From an uncultured Deinococcaceae bacterium (lineage in GTDB: Bacteria > Deinococcota > Deinococci > Deinococcales > Deinococcaceae), in assembly GCA_964252075.1 (NCBI GenBank), contig CAXULY010000016.1:32001-96000 (forward strand): a stretch of 64,000 nt of DNA, in the 5' to 3' direction. Position 1 is the first letter of the stretch. Every line of letters begins with the position of its first letter. Below the pieces are notes generated by a model, which searched no databases, was not told where the DNA came from, and saw only the letters and a list, made by a program, of their open reading frames with translations. The position numbers were made by a program, and so were the translations under genes. Shown piece by piece: positions 39,893-50,663 of the stretch.

Positions 39893-40789
39893 TTATTCCA
39901 CGCCCTCCAGCAGTTCGCGCGCTTTCGCCTCGTCGAGCGCGAGCTGCGCCTTGAGGGCGTCCAGGCCCGCGAACTTCTGCTCGCCGCGCAGGCGGTGGAA
40001 GAACTTCACCTGCAGCTCCTGACCGTACAGGTCGCCCTTGAAGTCGAAGAGGTGCACCTCGAAGCGCAACTCGCTGCCCTCCACGGTGGGGCGCACGCCG
40101 ATGTTCGCCATGCCGTGCCAGCGCCCGGCGTCCCCGATCGCGACCACCGCGAACACCCCCTGCGGGAGGGCCTTGCCGCCCGGCACCCGGATGTTCGCGG
40201 TGGGGTACCCGATGGTGCGGCCCATGCGGTCCCCGTGCACGATCACGCCCACCGCGTCGTAGTGGCGGCCCAGCAGGCGCGCGGCGGCCTCCACGTCGCC
40301 CTCCTTGAGGTACGCGCGGATGCGGCTGCTCTTGATGTCCTCGCCGCCCAGCTGGTGCATGGGCAGCGTGATGAGGTCGCGCGTCACGCCGCGCAGGTCC
40401 TCCACGCCGCCCGCGCGGCCCTTCCCGAAATGGAAGTCCTCGCCCACCACGATGGCGCGCGGGCGCATGAGGCGCAGGTCGTCCAGGAAGGCGGACACCG
40501 GGCGCGCCGCGAACTCTGCGTTGAACGGCACCGCGATCACCTCGTCAATGTCGTAGCGGGCCATCAGCGCGAGCTTCTCGGGCAGGGTCGAGAGGAACTC
40601 CACGCCCTGCAGGAACACCCGCGTGGGTGGGTCGAAGGTGTACACCACGCTCGGCACCCGGTAGTGCCGGGAGCGCTCCTTCAGGCGCGCGAGGAGCGCC
40701 TGATGCCCCAGGTGCACGCCGTCGAAGGACCCGATGGCGATGACCGTCTCGGTGTCCGGGCGCTGCGTGGGGGAGACGTAGAGCTTCAC
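39893..40789 (-). CDS. ribF: Bifunctional riboflavin kinase/FAD synthetase
   Basis: GSFDGVHLGH, VGEDFHFG, SSRIR, GRTIGYPTAN and NIGVRPT. Confidence 0.96.
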   Translation of the reverse strand: MKLYVSPTQRPDTETVIAIGSFDGVHLGHQALLARLKERSRHYRVPSVVYTFDPPTRVFLQGVEFLSTLPEKLALMARYDIDEVIAVPFNAEFAARPVSAFLDDLRLMRPRAIVVGEDFHFGKGRAGGVEDLRGVTRDLITLPMHQLGGEDIKSSRIRAYLKEGDVEAAARLLGRHYDAVGVIVHGDRMGRTIGYPTANIRVPGGKALPQGVFAVVAIGDAGRWHGMANIGVRPTVEGSELRFEVHLFDFKGDLYGQELQVKFFHRLRGEQKFAGLDALKAQLALDEAKARELLEGVE

Positions 40790-41283
40790 TCGGGGCGCCC
40801 CAGCTCCAGCAGGGCGCTCAGTCCGGCCGTGACGGTGCTGGCGGCGCCCACCCACTCGCCCGCGCGCAGCTTGTCCAGCACCTCGGCGGGCGGCAGCCAC
40901 ACCACCTCGATGTCCTCGTCCTCGTCCATCGGGAGGCGCGACTCACGCAGGTTCGTGGCCTTGAACAGGTACAGCTGCTCGTCGCAGTACCCGGGGCTGG
41001 AGTAGAAGCGCGAGAGCAGCTGCATGTCCGCGTCGAAGCCCGCCTCCTCCTGCAACTCGCGCCGGGCGGCGTCCTCGGGCGCCTCGCCGTCGTCAATCAG
41101 CCCGGCGGGCACCTCCACGGTGGTCGTGCCCACCACGCGGCGCTCCTGGCGCACGCACAGCATGCGGCCCGCGCCGTCCAGCGCGAGGATGCACACGGCG
41201 TCCTTGTGCCGCACCATCTCCCACTTGCCGTCCTGCACTTCCAGCCGCACGATGTGGCCGTCGTAAATGACTTCGGTGGACAT
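40786..41283 (-). CDS. NUDIX hydrolase (ADP-ribose pyrophosphatase-like)
   Basis: Nudix box PAGLIDDGEAPEDAARRELQEEAG and SSPG; TACACT 7 nt before ATG. Confidence 0.9.
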   Translation of the reverse strand: MSTEVIYDGHIVRLEVQDGKWEMVRHKDAVCILALDGAGRMLCVRQERRVVGTTTVEVPAGLIDDGEAPEDAARRELQEEAGFDADMQLLSRFYSSPGYCDEQLYLFKATNLRESRLPMDEDEDIEVVWLPPAEVLDKLRAGEWVGAASTVTAGLSALLELGRPE

Positions 41284-41399
41284 GTCTGGGAGTGTATCAG
41301 CCGCACCCGCCGTCAGCCGGTCAGCTGGGTGAGCCGGAGGTGCACCAGGCCCGCCTCCGCGGGTTCAGCGTCCACATCGCCGCGTGCGCTTCGGGAACG

Positions 41400-41433
41400 G
41401 CAGGAGGGCGGCGTGATGCACCCGCCCTCCTGC
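41400..41433. terminator. Hairpin downstream of the DinB gene
   Basis: 12-bp stem GCAGGAGGGCGG / CCGCCCTCCTGC. Confidence 0.5.
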
Positions 41434-41465
41434 GCCCGCTCAGGGCCGCGCGCGTTCCTGGGTTC

Positions 41466-41987
41466 TCAGTGCGTCGGCAGGTAATTCAGGAGGTCCAGGA
41501 ACGGCGGCTTCACGTCCGCCTGCCGCACGAGCAGGGCCACCTGCGCGGTGTGGCGCACCTCGTGCACCATCACGTGCCACAGCAGGCCGGACACCGTGAA
41601 GTGCTCCTCACGCCCATCGCGGCGCGGCACCGTGACCAGCCGGGCCTCCTCCTCGGGCCCGAGCTGCGCGAGGTACGCCAGGGTGCTCGCCTCCACCGCC
41701 CGCCAGTAATCGAGCAGGTCCGCGAGCGGCGTCTCCGCGAAGTACGGGCCGTCCTTGGCGCCCTGAATGCCGAGCGCGGTCTCCCACACGGGCGTGTCGC
41801 GCAGGATGTCCTCGTGCAGCCAGGAGTCCTCCACCGCCGGGACGTGCAGCACGAGGTCCTTGATGCAGTGAAAGCGTTCGCCCTTCAGGACGGGCCGCGC
41901 GAGCACCTCGTCCGACAGGCCCTCAAGGGCCGCCCACAGGTCGCGCCGGGCGCGCACGAGGTAATCATAGAAGTCGGTGGTGTTCAT
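41466..41987 (-). CDS. DinB family protein
   Basis: IKDLVLHVPAVEDSW and HVMVHEVRHTAQ. Confidence 0.88.
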   Translation of the reverse strand: MNTTDFYDYLVRARRDLWAALEGLSDEVLARPVLKGERFHCIKDLVLHVPAVEDSWLHEDILRDTPVWETALGIQGAKDGPYFAETPLADLLDYWRAVEASTLAYLAQLGPEEEARLVTVPRRDGREEHFTVSGLLWHVMVHEVRHTAQVALLVRQADVKPPFLDLLNYLPTH

Positions 41988-42223
41988 GCAGACGTGCTCC
42001 AGTCCCGGGCCGCAGGATGAAACGGCCGGGTGTCAGGCCCGCGGGCGCTCCGAACACGGACGCCAGCGGCAATGGGTTGGGTGGGTGAGGACCGGACGCC
42101 GGTTGGTGGTGCGCCGAGCGTAGCACGCGCCGCCCACCACCGCTGTACAGTGGGGTGGCGCCCACCCCTTCACCCTCACCCGCGCCCACCGCCCAGAGGC
42201 AGACCGATCCGGAACGGAAGGTG

Positions 42224-42670
42224 ATGGTGATGGCAGTGGTTTGGCTGGTGTGTGCGGTCCTCTCGGGCCTCAACGCGGGCTTCCTGGTGTCGGGCGTGCT
42301 GGAGGGCCGCTTCATGCGGGACGTGGGGGTGGCGGGGTACCTGCAGATGCACCAGCCGCGCGACCGCCTGTTCCGCAGGCTGATGCCGCCCCTGCTGATG
42401 CTGCTCATGCTGGCCCTGCTGGTCCTCGCCGCACTGAACTGGGGGCGCGCGGAGGCCACCCTGGCGCTGCTGGCCTTCGTGCTGGTGCTGGCCGACGTGA
42501 TCCTGACGGTGCGCGTCATGGTGCCGCTCAACCTGCGCCTGCAGTCCTTCGACGCCAGCGCGCCACCAGCGGAGGCGCAGACCGTCCGGGAGCGCTGGTA
42601 CGCCATGAACCCCATCCGAACCGTGCTGGGCGTGCTGGCTTTCGTGGTCGTGCTGCTGGAGCGCGCCTGA
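42224..42670 (+). CDS. DUF1772 (anthrone oxygenase-like) membrane protein
   Basis: GLNAGF, MPPL, VPLN..L and RW...NPIRT; start position uncertain. Confidence 0.65.
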   Translation: MVMAVVWLVCAVLSGLNAGFLVSGVLEGRFMRDVGVAGYLQMHQPRDRLFRRLMPPLLMLLMLALLVLAALNWGRAEATLALLAFVLVLADVILTVRVMVPLNLRLQSFDASAPPAEAQTVRERWYAMNPIRTVLGVLAFVVVLLERA

Positions 42671-42689
42671 CGGTGTTGAGCCGTTTCGC

Positions 42690-43241
42690 ATGACCGCGCC
42701 CATCCTGATCCTCTCCGGCGTGCCGGGTGCGGGCAAATCCAGCGTGGCCCGCGCGTGGCTGCAGACGTTCCCGCGTGGCCTGCACCTGCCCGTGGACGAC
42801 CTGCGTGAACTGGTGGTGTCGGGCACCGCGCACCCGTCCCTGCAGCCGAACCCGGAGGTGACGCGGCAGTTCTCGCTGGCGCGACAGGTGGCCTTCGGCG
42901 CCGCGCACCTGTACGCCCGTGAAGGCTTCGCGGTGGCACTCGACGACGTGCTGTGGCCCCACGACCCGGACACCTTTCTGGGCGTGGCCGCTCAGCTGCC
43001 CGTCACGCGGGTGCTGCTGCGCCCCAGCCTGGAGGCGGCCCTGAGGCGCAACCGGGAGCGCACCCACAAGCCCTTCGACACGGCCACGCTGGCCCCCATC
43101 ATCGAGGGACTGCACGCGGGCATGAGCCCAGCGGCATTCAAGGCGGCCGGCTGGCGGGTGCTGGACAGCAGCGACCTCACGCTGGAGGAGACTGTGGCGC
43201 GGCTGCGTGCCTGGACGGATGAGGCGGCGGGCTTCAAATAG
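42690..43241 (+). CDS. P-loop kinase-like (AAA_33-type) protein
   Basis: LSGVPGAGKSS, DDLR, RNRER and LDSSDLTLEET. Confidence 0.8.
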   Translation: MTAPILILSGVPGAGKSSVARAWLQTFPRGLHLPVDDLRELVVSGTAHPSLQPNPEVTRQFSLARQVAFGAAHLYAREGFAVALDDVLWPHDPDTFLGVAAQLPVTRVLLRPSLEAALRRNRERTHKPFDTATLAPIIEGLHAGMSPAAFKAAGWRVLDSSDLTLEETVARLRAWTDEAAGFK

Positions 43242-43264
43242 CCCGCCCCCTCACATCCTGAGCG

Positions 43265-44335
<1,071 letters not shown>

Positions 44336-44447
44336 CAGTGTGCTCCTTTAAAGTGGGCGGTCCAGCCCACGGGGGGCGCCGCCTGGTCCTGAGTAGTGTA
44401 ACGCAGGATAGCGTGACGGGCGCACATGCTGGAACTCATGAATACAT

Positions 44448-44487
44448 GCGGGCGGGGCTGGAGTCCAATTCCTCCAGCCCCGCCCGC
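44448..44487 (-). terminator. Strong hairpin between ftsA and ftsZ
   Basis: 16-bp perfect stem GCGGGCGGGGCTGGAG / CTCCAGCCCCGCCCGC right after the ftsA stop. Confidence 0.6.
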
Positions 44488-44495
44488 GAAGCGCT

Positions 44496-45845
44496 TTACA
44501 GCCAGTCCTTGAAGAACTCGCGGATGCGCTCCATGACGCCCTTGCCGGCCTCACCGGGTTCCGGCGCGGGGCGCGGCTCCTTCGGGGGCCGCTTGGTCTT
44601 CTCCGGTTTCTCCACCACGGTGACGGTGGGGGGCGTGAAGTCGTCCATGATGACGGGCGCGGGCTCCGGCGTGACCACCGGGCGCAGCAGCGCGCTCCCG
44701 CCCCCCTGCTGCGCCGCGAACAGCGCGAGGCCCACCGAGGTCGCGTGCGTGGGATTCCCCGCGATGTCCGTGAGGCCCGACACGCCGCGCGGGCGCGCGA
44801 GGCGCACAGGCAGGCGAAAGCGCTCACGCGCGAGTTCCGCCATGCCGCGCAGCTGCGAGCCACCGCCCGTCAGGACCACGCCGCCCGCCACGAGCTCCAC
44901 CGGTCCGAGCGCGCGGTCAATCTCGTCGCGGATGAGGCCGTAGATCTCCGCGACGCGCGGCTTGATCACGCGGGACAGCTCAAAGGCGCTGATGGCGTGC
45001 GTCTGCCCGCCGCCCGAGGTGATCTCCAGCGTGAGGTCGCCGTCCGCGAGCTCCGGGAGGGCCGCGCCGTACTTGCGCTTCACGCGCTCCGCCTCATCCA
45101 GCGGGATCTTCAGGATCTGCGCGAGGTCCGCCGTCACGTGGTCCCCGCCGATCGGCACGTGCGCGCTGAACGCGAGGTTCCCGCGCTTGAACACGCCCAC
45201 GTCCGTGCCGCTGCCGCCCACGTCAATCACGACGGCGGTCGAGTCGAGGTCCGCGTTGTCGAGCGTCGCGAGGCCCGACGCCAGCGAATTCAGCACGAAG
45301 CCGCGCAGCGTGAGGCCCGCCTCCTGCACGCAGCGGCGCAGGTTCGCGAGGGGGCCCGCCGCGCCCGCCACGATGTGCACGTCCACCTCCAGGCGTACAC
45401 CGTGCATGCCGACCGGGCTCTTGATGCCCTCCTGGCCGTCAATGGTGTACTCCTGCGGCAGCGCGTGAATGACCTCCACGTTCGGGTCGAGCGGCACCGC
45501 GCGCGCGTTCTCGATGGCGCGCTCCACGTCCGCCGCCTGAATCTCCTGGTTGCGGCGGATGGCGGCGAGGCCGTGACTCGTCATGGCCTTCACGTGGTTG
45601 CCCGCCACGCTCACGTACACGTCGGTGACTTTCACGCCCGCCACCCGCTCGGCGCTCTGCACCGACTGGCGGATGGCGTGGGTGGTGCGCTCCAGGTTGA
45701 CGACCGCACCGCGCTTGATGCCCTCGCTGGGGACGGTGCCTTCGCCGATGATGTCCACGGTGCCCGAAGGCCCGATTTCTGCAATCACGGTGGTGATCTT
45801 GGTGGAGCCAATGTCCAGCCCCACGGTGATCAGGTTGTCTTTCAT
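44496..45845 (-). CDS. ftsA: Cell division protein FtsA
   Basis: GLDIGSTKI, DVGGSGT, GGDHVT, VLTGGGS and C-terminal amphipathic helix IREFFKDWL. Confidence 0.97.
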   Translation of the reverse strand: MKDNLITVGLDIGSTKITTVIAEIGPSGTVDIIGEGTVPSEGIKRGAVVNLERTTHAIRQSVQSAERVAGVKVTDVYVSVAGNHVKAMTSHGLAAIRRNQEIQAADVERAIENARAVPLDPNVEVIHALPQEYTIDGQEGIKSPVGMHGVRLEVDVHIVAGAAGPLANLRRCVQEAGLTLRGFVLNSLASGLATLDNADLDSTAVVIDVGGSGTDVGVFKRGNLAFSAHVPIGGDHVTADLAQILKIPLDEAERVKRKYGAALPELADGDLTLEITSGGGQTHAISAFELSRVIKPRVAEIYGLIRDEIDRALGPVELVAGGVVLTGGGSQLRGMAELARERFRLPVRLARPRGVSGLTDIAGNPTHATSVGLALFAAQQGGGSALLRPVVTPEPAPVIMDDFTPPTVTVVEKPEKTKRPPKEPRPAPEPGEAGKGVMERIREFFKDWL

Positions 45846-46483
45846 TCCTGGACGCTCACCCCCCAAGGGTAAATGTTCACACGTTTGCCGGGGTACATTC
45901 TGACACCCACCCCATACTTCCGCAAGGAAGCGTAAGAACCGCTCCACGCCGTTCCCTGCGCGGTTTTCACGGTCATGCCCTGCGGTGTGTAAGTCACTGA
46001 CTGCACATTGTAGCGCGCCATGAGACGCGCGGCCCGTATGGCGTCATTCAGGCGGTTGGGTCCCCAGCCCACGATCTGCGGCCCGCGCAGCGGCCCGTGG
46101 GGCAGCACCGTGCCGTCCCAGTCCATCGCGACGAAGTGATCCCCCTGCAGGAGCTGTGCGCTCGGCACGCGCTCCGTCACCAGGACCTCCACGGTGTCCG
46201 GGAAGTGCCGCGTGATGCGCGCGGCGCGCACCCACGGGCTCCGCGCGAGGTCGCGCGCGCGCCACGCGCCGTAGTACAGCCACCCGAACTTCGGGCTGAG
46301 GCCCGAGAGCTGCTGCACCTGCGCCGCCGTCAGGAAGTGGTTGCCGCTCACGCGCACGGTCCGCACGGGCAGCAGGAACCACAAGCCCACCAGCGCCCCG
46401 ACCAGCAGCAGCAGCGCGAGGACCACCCACAGCCGGGTGCGGCGTGGCCTCAGGGGGACCGCCTCGCGCGCCCGCCGCGTCAC
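45842..46483 (-). CDS. ftsQ: Cell division protein FtsQ/DivIB (POTRA domain)
   Basis: TM then VSGN..L, PWV..A.ITRHFPDTVEV.VTER; position in the dcw cluster (start could be 46489). Confidence 0.85.
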   Translation of the reverse strand: MTRRAREAVPLRPRRTRLWVVLALLLLVGALVGLWFLLPVRTVRVSGNHFLTAAQVQQLSGLSPKFGWLYYGAWRARDLARSPWVRAARITRHFPDTVEVLVTERVPSAQLLQGDHFVAMDWDGTVLPHGPLRGPQIVGWGPNRLNDAIRAARLMARYNVQSVTYTPQGMTVKTAQGTAWSGSYASLRKYGVGVRMYPGKRVNIYPWGVSVQE

Positions 46484-47352
46484 GGCCACAGCTCGTACTC
46501 CAGTTCCAGCGGCACGCCCACCCGCGCCCGCGCGAGGTCCAGCAGCGCCAGCACGTCCGCGCTGCTCGCGCCGCCCAAGTTCACGATGAAGTTCGCGTGG
46601 TCCGGCGAGATCATGGCGTTCCCCACGCGCGCGCCCTTCAGGCCCGCCTCGTCAATCAGCTTGCCCGCACTCACCCCGCCGGGGTTCTTGAAGGCGCAGC
46701 CGGGCGTCTTCATCTTCGGCTGGCCCTTGCGCGCCTGGTCCGCGTGATCCATCCTCGCCAGCACGGCCTCCGGGGTGCTCGGCGCGAGCTTCAGGCGCAC
46801 GCGCGTCACCACGTGGTTGCGCGGGATACCGCTGGTGCGGTACGCCCACGGCAGGTCGTCGGGCGTCACCACCCGCAGGCCCTCGGGCGTGGCGATCTCC
46901 AGGGTGTGCAGCGCGTCGAACATCTCGCCGTACCGGGTGCCCGCATTCATCCACACCGCGCCGCCCACCTGCGCGGGAATGCCGACCGTGCCCTCCAGGT
47001 TCGAGAGGCCCAGGCGCTGCACGCGCCGCACGAGGCCCGGCAGCGGCACGCCGCCCCCCACCCAGCCCGTCACGTGGGTGTCCGCGCTGCTGAGCTGCGC
47101 GTCGCGCGTGAGGTCCGCCCCCGCGAGCGCGCCGGACAGGCGCAGCACCCGCTCGGTCAGGCCTGCGTCCGCCACCACGAGGTTGCTGCCGCCCCCCAGA
47201 ATGCGGTACGGCGCCTGCATGGCCTCCGCCACCTGCGCGTGGTTCTCCACGAACCACACCTCCGCCTCACCGCCCACGCCCAGCGTCGTGTAGCGCGCCA
47301 GCGGGAGGCGCTGCACGCGCGCGCCCGTGACGCTCTGCACGGTGGCCGTCAC
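46480..47352 (-). CDS. murB: UDP-N-acetylenolpyruvoylglucosamine reductase
   Basis: TTLGVGG, GGGSNL, GIPAQVGGAVWMNAG, GCAFKNP and HANFIVN. Confidence 0.96.
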   Translation of the reverse strand: MTATVQSVTGARVQRLPLARYTTLGVGGEAEVWFVENHAQVAEAMQAPYRILGGGSNLVVADAGLTERVLRLSGALAGADLTRDAQLSSADTHVTGWVGGGVPLPGLVRRVQRLGLSNLEGTVGIPAQVGGAVWMNAGTRYGEMFDALHTLEIATPEGLRVVTPDDLPWAYRTSGIPRNHVVTRVRLKLAPSTPEAVLARMDHADQARKGQPKMKTPGCAFKNPGGVSAGKLIDEAGLKGARVGNAMISPDHANFIVNLGGASSADVLALLDLARARVGVPLELEYELWP

Positions 47353-48725
47353 GGCCCCACCACGGCGCGCGCCACCTGCCACACGTCGCCCGCGCCCATC
47401 GTCACGATCAGGTCGCCCTGGCTGGCCGTCTCGCGCAGGTAACTCACGACCGCCGCGCGGTCCGGCCAGTACCGCACGTTCTCGAAGCCGTCCTCCTGCA
47501 TGCGCGTCTCAATCAACTGCGCGTGAATGCCGGGGATGGGCGCCTCGCCCGCCGCCGCAATGTCCAGGATCAGCACCTCGTCCGCGCCCATCAGGCTGCG
47601 TGCGAGGCGCGGCCAGGTCTGCTGCGTGCGCAGGTAGCGGTGCGGCTGGAACACCACCCGCACCCGCCGGCCCGTCTGCCGCGCGCCCTGCACCGCCGCC
47701 GCGACCTTGGTGGGGTTGTGCGCGTAATCGTCCACGACCAGCGCGCCCGAGACCTCACCCACCCGCTGCCAGCGGCGGCCCGGCCCGCGAAACGCCGCGA
47801 GCGCCGCTGCCGCGCCCTCCAGGTTCCCGCCGTACAGGTGCGTCACGGCAAGCGCCGCGACCGCATTCAGCACGTTGTGCGTGCCGGGCATCCCCACGCG
47901 CGCCGCCAGCAGGCGCGCACCGCCTCGCCACAGCTCGAAGCTGCTGCCGTCCGCGTCCGGCACCACGTTCACCGCACGGTAATCGGCGCCCTCGGTGAGG
48001 CCGTAGGACAGCACCTGCGGGTGGCCCGCCACGAAGGCCTCCAGGCCCGGCCAGTCGCGGCAGTACAGCACCCGCTGGGCCTGCTGCACGAAGCGCCGGA
48101 AGGCCGCGTGCTGCTCCTCCACGCTCGCCCAGTACGTCGCGCGGCGGTCATCGGGCGTGCCCACGTGATCGTCCTCAGCGTTCGTGAACACCGCCGTCTG
48201 ACAGTGCAGGAACTGAAAGCCCGGGTCGGACTCGTCAATCTCCGCGACGAAGGGCCCACTGCCCAGGCGCGCGTTGCTGTTCCACTCCGGCACCACGCCC
48301 CCCACGAAGGCCGCCGGGTCCAGGCCCGCGCCCGCCAGCGCCACCGCCGTCATGCTGGTGGTGGTGGTCTTGCCGTGCGTGCCCACCACCCCCACGGACG
48401 GCGCGCCGCGCAGCAGCTCATCCAAGAGCGCCATGCGCGGCTGCACCGTCACGCCCGCCGCGCGCGCCGCCACGAGCTCCGGGTGGTCCTTCGGCACGGC
48501 CTCCGACGCGATCAGCACGTCCACGCCCGCCACGTGACTCGCGTCGTGCCCGAGCGCCACGTCTATGCCCTCCGCGCGCAGCTGCGTGGTCAGCTCGGAG
48601 TCGTGCTGGTCGCAGCCGGACACGTGGTGCCCGCGCGCGCGCAGCAGGCGCGCCAGCGCGCTGATCCCGATGCCGCCGACCCCCATGAGGTGGTAGTGCC
48701 GTGTGGTCATACGTTCGTCAGTCAT
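47349..48725 (-). CDS. murC: UDP-N-acetylmuramate--L-alanine ligase
   Basis: GVGGIGISALA, GTHGKTTT, EIDESD, DDYAHNP and FQPHRY. Confidence 0.96.
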   Translation of the reverse strand: MTDERMTTRHYHLMGVGGIGISALARLLRARGHHVSGCDQHDSELTTQLRAEGIDVALGHDASHVAGVDVLIASEAVPKDHPELVAARAAGVTVQPRMALLDELLRGAPSVGVVGTHGKTTTTSMTAVALAGAGLDPAAFVGGVVPEWNSNARLGSGPFVAEIDESDPGFQFLHCQTAVFTNAEDDHVGTPDDRRATYWASVEEQHAAFRRFVQQAQRVLYCRDWPGLEAFVAGHPQVLSYGLTEGADYRAVNVVPDADGSSFELWRGGARLLAARVGMPGTHNVLNAVAALAVTHLYGGNLEGAAAALAAFRGPGRRWQRVGEVSGALVVDDYAHNPTKVAAAVQGARQTGRRVRVVFQPHRYLRTQQTWPRLARSLMGADEVLILDIAAAGEAPIPGIHAQLIETRMQEDGFENVRYWPDRAAVVSYLRETASQGDLIVTMGAGDVWQVARAVVGP

Positions 48726-49821
48726 GGGCGTGAAAGGAGGGCATCTGGGCTTCGATGAGGTCCGCGAGGCTGGCCGCCGCGCCGCTCGAGGATCGGGCGA
48801 GCGCCGCCTGCTCCATCGCGTGGCGCCGGTCCGCTGCCAGACACTCTAGCACCGCCCGCGCGAGGTCCTCCGCCATCCTGGGCTGCTCCACCACCACGCC
48901 CGCGCCCGCCGCCTCCACCGCCCGCGCGTTCGCCAGCTGGTGACCCTCCGCGCTCTCCGGTAAGGGCACCATCACGAGCGGCACGCCGTGGAACGCCGCC
49001 TCCGCGATGGTGCCCGTGCCCGCCCGCGTCACCGCGAGGTCCGCCACCGACCACGCCGCGATGGAATCCACGTACCCGGACGCGTGGTACCACGGGAGGT
49101 CCCGCACGCCCGGCGCGACCTCCGAGAGCCAGCGCGGTCCCGTGGAGTGCAGCACCTGAATGCTCTGCTCGCCCCGGATGCCCTCCTCCCCGAACGCCGC
49201 GCGCAGCGCCAGCGGCACCGCGCCGTTCAGCGCGACGCTGCCCTGCGAGCCGCCCATCACGAAGACCGTGAGGGGGCCGTCCTGCAGGCCCAGCTGCGCG
49301 AGCGCCTCCGCGCGCTCCAGGCGCTCCTCGCGCACCGGCATGCCCACCATGCGCGCGCGCTCGGGCGGGAGGCCCGCCACCTCGGGGTACGCGGTGCCCA
49401 CCACCCGCGCGCGGCGCGCCGCGAGGCGCTGCGTGAGGCCCAGCCGCGCGTTCTGCTCGTGCAGCACCGTGGAAATCCCGAGGTGCTGCGCCGCCAGCAC
49501 GCCCGGCAGGCTCGCGAAACCCCCGAAGCCCACCACCACCTCGGGCCGCAGGCGCTTCAGCAGGCCGCGCGCCTCCAGCAGCCCGCGCCCCGCGCGCGCC
49601 ACCTCGCCGGGACTGAAGCGCCCTTGGCCGGGCCGCACGAGCTTCCCGGCGCTCACCCCGTGGAATTCCAGGCCCTGCTCCGCCGCGATGCGTTCCTCCA
49701 TGCCGCCCGCCTGCCCCATCAGGGCCGCGCGGTGCCCGCGCGCCAGGAGTTCCCGCGCCACCGCCACCGCGGGATAAATGTGCCCGCCCGTTCCGCCCGT
49801 CGCCAAGACCACCGTACTCAT
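48718..49821 (-). CDS. murG: Undecaprenyl-PP-MurNAc-pentapeptide GlcNAc transferase
   Basis: GGTGGHIYP, GFGGF, HEQN, GGSQG, RAG and HQ.ANA; TAGACT box 8 nt before ATG. Confidence 0.96.
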   Translation of the reverse strand: MSTVVLATGGTGGHIYPAVAVARELLARGHRAALMGQAGGMEERIAAEQGLEFHGVSAGKLVRPGQGRFSPGEVARAGRGLLEARGLLKRLRPEVVVGFGGFASLPGVLAAQHLGISTVLHEQNARLGLTQRLAARRARVVGTAYPEVAGLPPERARMVGMPVREERLERAEALAQLGLQDGPLTVFVMGGSQGSVALNGAVPLALRAAFGEEGIRGEQSIQVLHSTGPRWLSEVAPGVRDLPWYHASGYVDSIAAWSVADLAVTRAGTGTIAEAAFHGVPLVMVPLPESAEGHQLANARAVEAAGAGVVVEQPRMAEDLARAVLECLAADRRHAMEQAALARSSSGAAASLADLIEAQMPSFHAHD

Positions 49822-49927
49822 CGGCAGACAGTCTAGGGGAGGGGAGGGCCGAGCGGGGCGCGCCGCCTGCACCGCGCAGCCATTTGGCCGATGCCCGTCC
49901 GGTGCGGCAGGGTGTACCCATGAGGGC

Positions 49928-50608
49928 ATGATGAACCCTGCCCCCATGCCCGTCCACCCTGCCCTCGCCCCTCGAGCTGGCGCCCCCGCGGCGCACGGGA
50001 GACCCCAGGACCACCCTCGAACGCATCAGCCCTGAAGCGCTGGACCTCGCCGCCCAGCGCCCCCTCTGGCGGGGCTTCTGGTCGCCCGGCGGCCTGGAAC
50101 TCACGCACAGCGTCGCCACCGCCATGCGCCTGCCGCCCGGCGTCACCGTACTGGACGCGGGATGCGGCAGCGGTGAGGCCGCCATGTACCTCGTGGGGAC
50201 CCTCGGGTGGCAGGTCACGGCCACCGACCAGGACGATTTCGGCCTGGCGCTCGCGCGTGACAAGGCGAAGCACCCCGGGCCTCCCCCTGCGCACCGCGCG
50301 CGCGGACCTGCTGGCCCTGCCCTTCCCGGATGGGGCCTTCGACGGCGTGTTCGCGCAGGGCAGCTTCTTCATGCTGGGCGAGCGCCGCGAGCGGGCGGCG
50401 CGCGAGTGGGCGCGCGTCCTGAAGCCCGGCGGGGTGCTGGGCGTGAGCCGGCACTCCCCACAGCAGGTGACGCTGGAGGACACCGCGCAGCTGCTGCGCT
50501 CGGCGGGCCTCACGGTGGAACTCGCCGCCCTCCACCCGGACGGCGCGCGCCCTGAGCGCCGAGCGGGACCTGCTGGGCCTCGGCGTGCTGATCGCCCGCA
50601 GGGGCTGA
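49928..50608 (+). pseudogene. Frameshifted class I SAM-dependent methyltransferase
   Basis: SPGGLE.T and VLDAGCGSG are in one frame; ADLLALPFPDGAFDGV and WARVLKPGG are in another (shift near 50270-50285); start and tail appear in further frames. Confidence 0.8.
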
Positions 50609-50619
50609 GCCGCAAGCAG

Positions 50620-50652
50620 GAGGGGCACGCGCCGAGACTGCGCGTGCCCCTC
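50620..50652. terminator. Hairpin after ftsW and the methyltransferase remnant
   Basis: 12-bp stem GAGGGGCACGCG / CGCGTGCCCCTC. Confidence 0.6.
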
Positions 50653-50663
50653 GTCCTTCCCCG

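Noticed and set aside
41312..41380. Minus-strand fragment DVDAEPAEAGLVHLRLTQLTG* between NUDIX and DinB
   Set aside because: No start codon context and too short to assign
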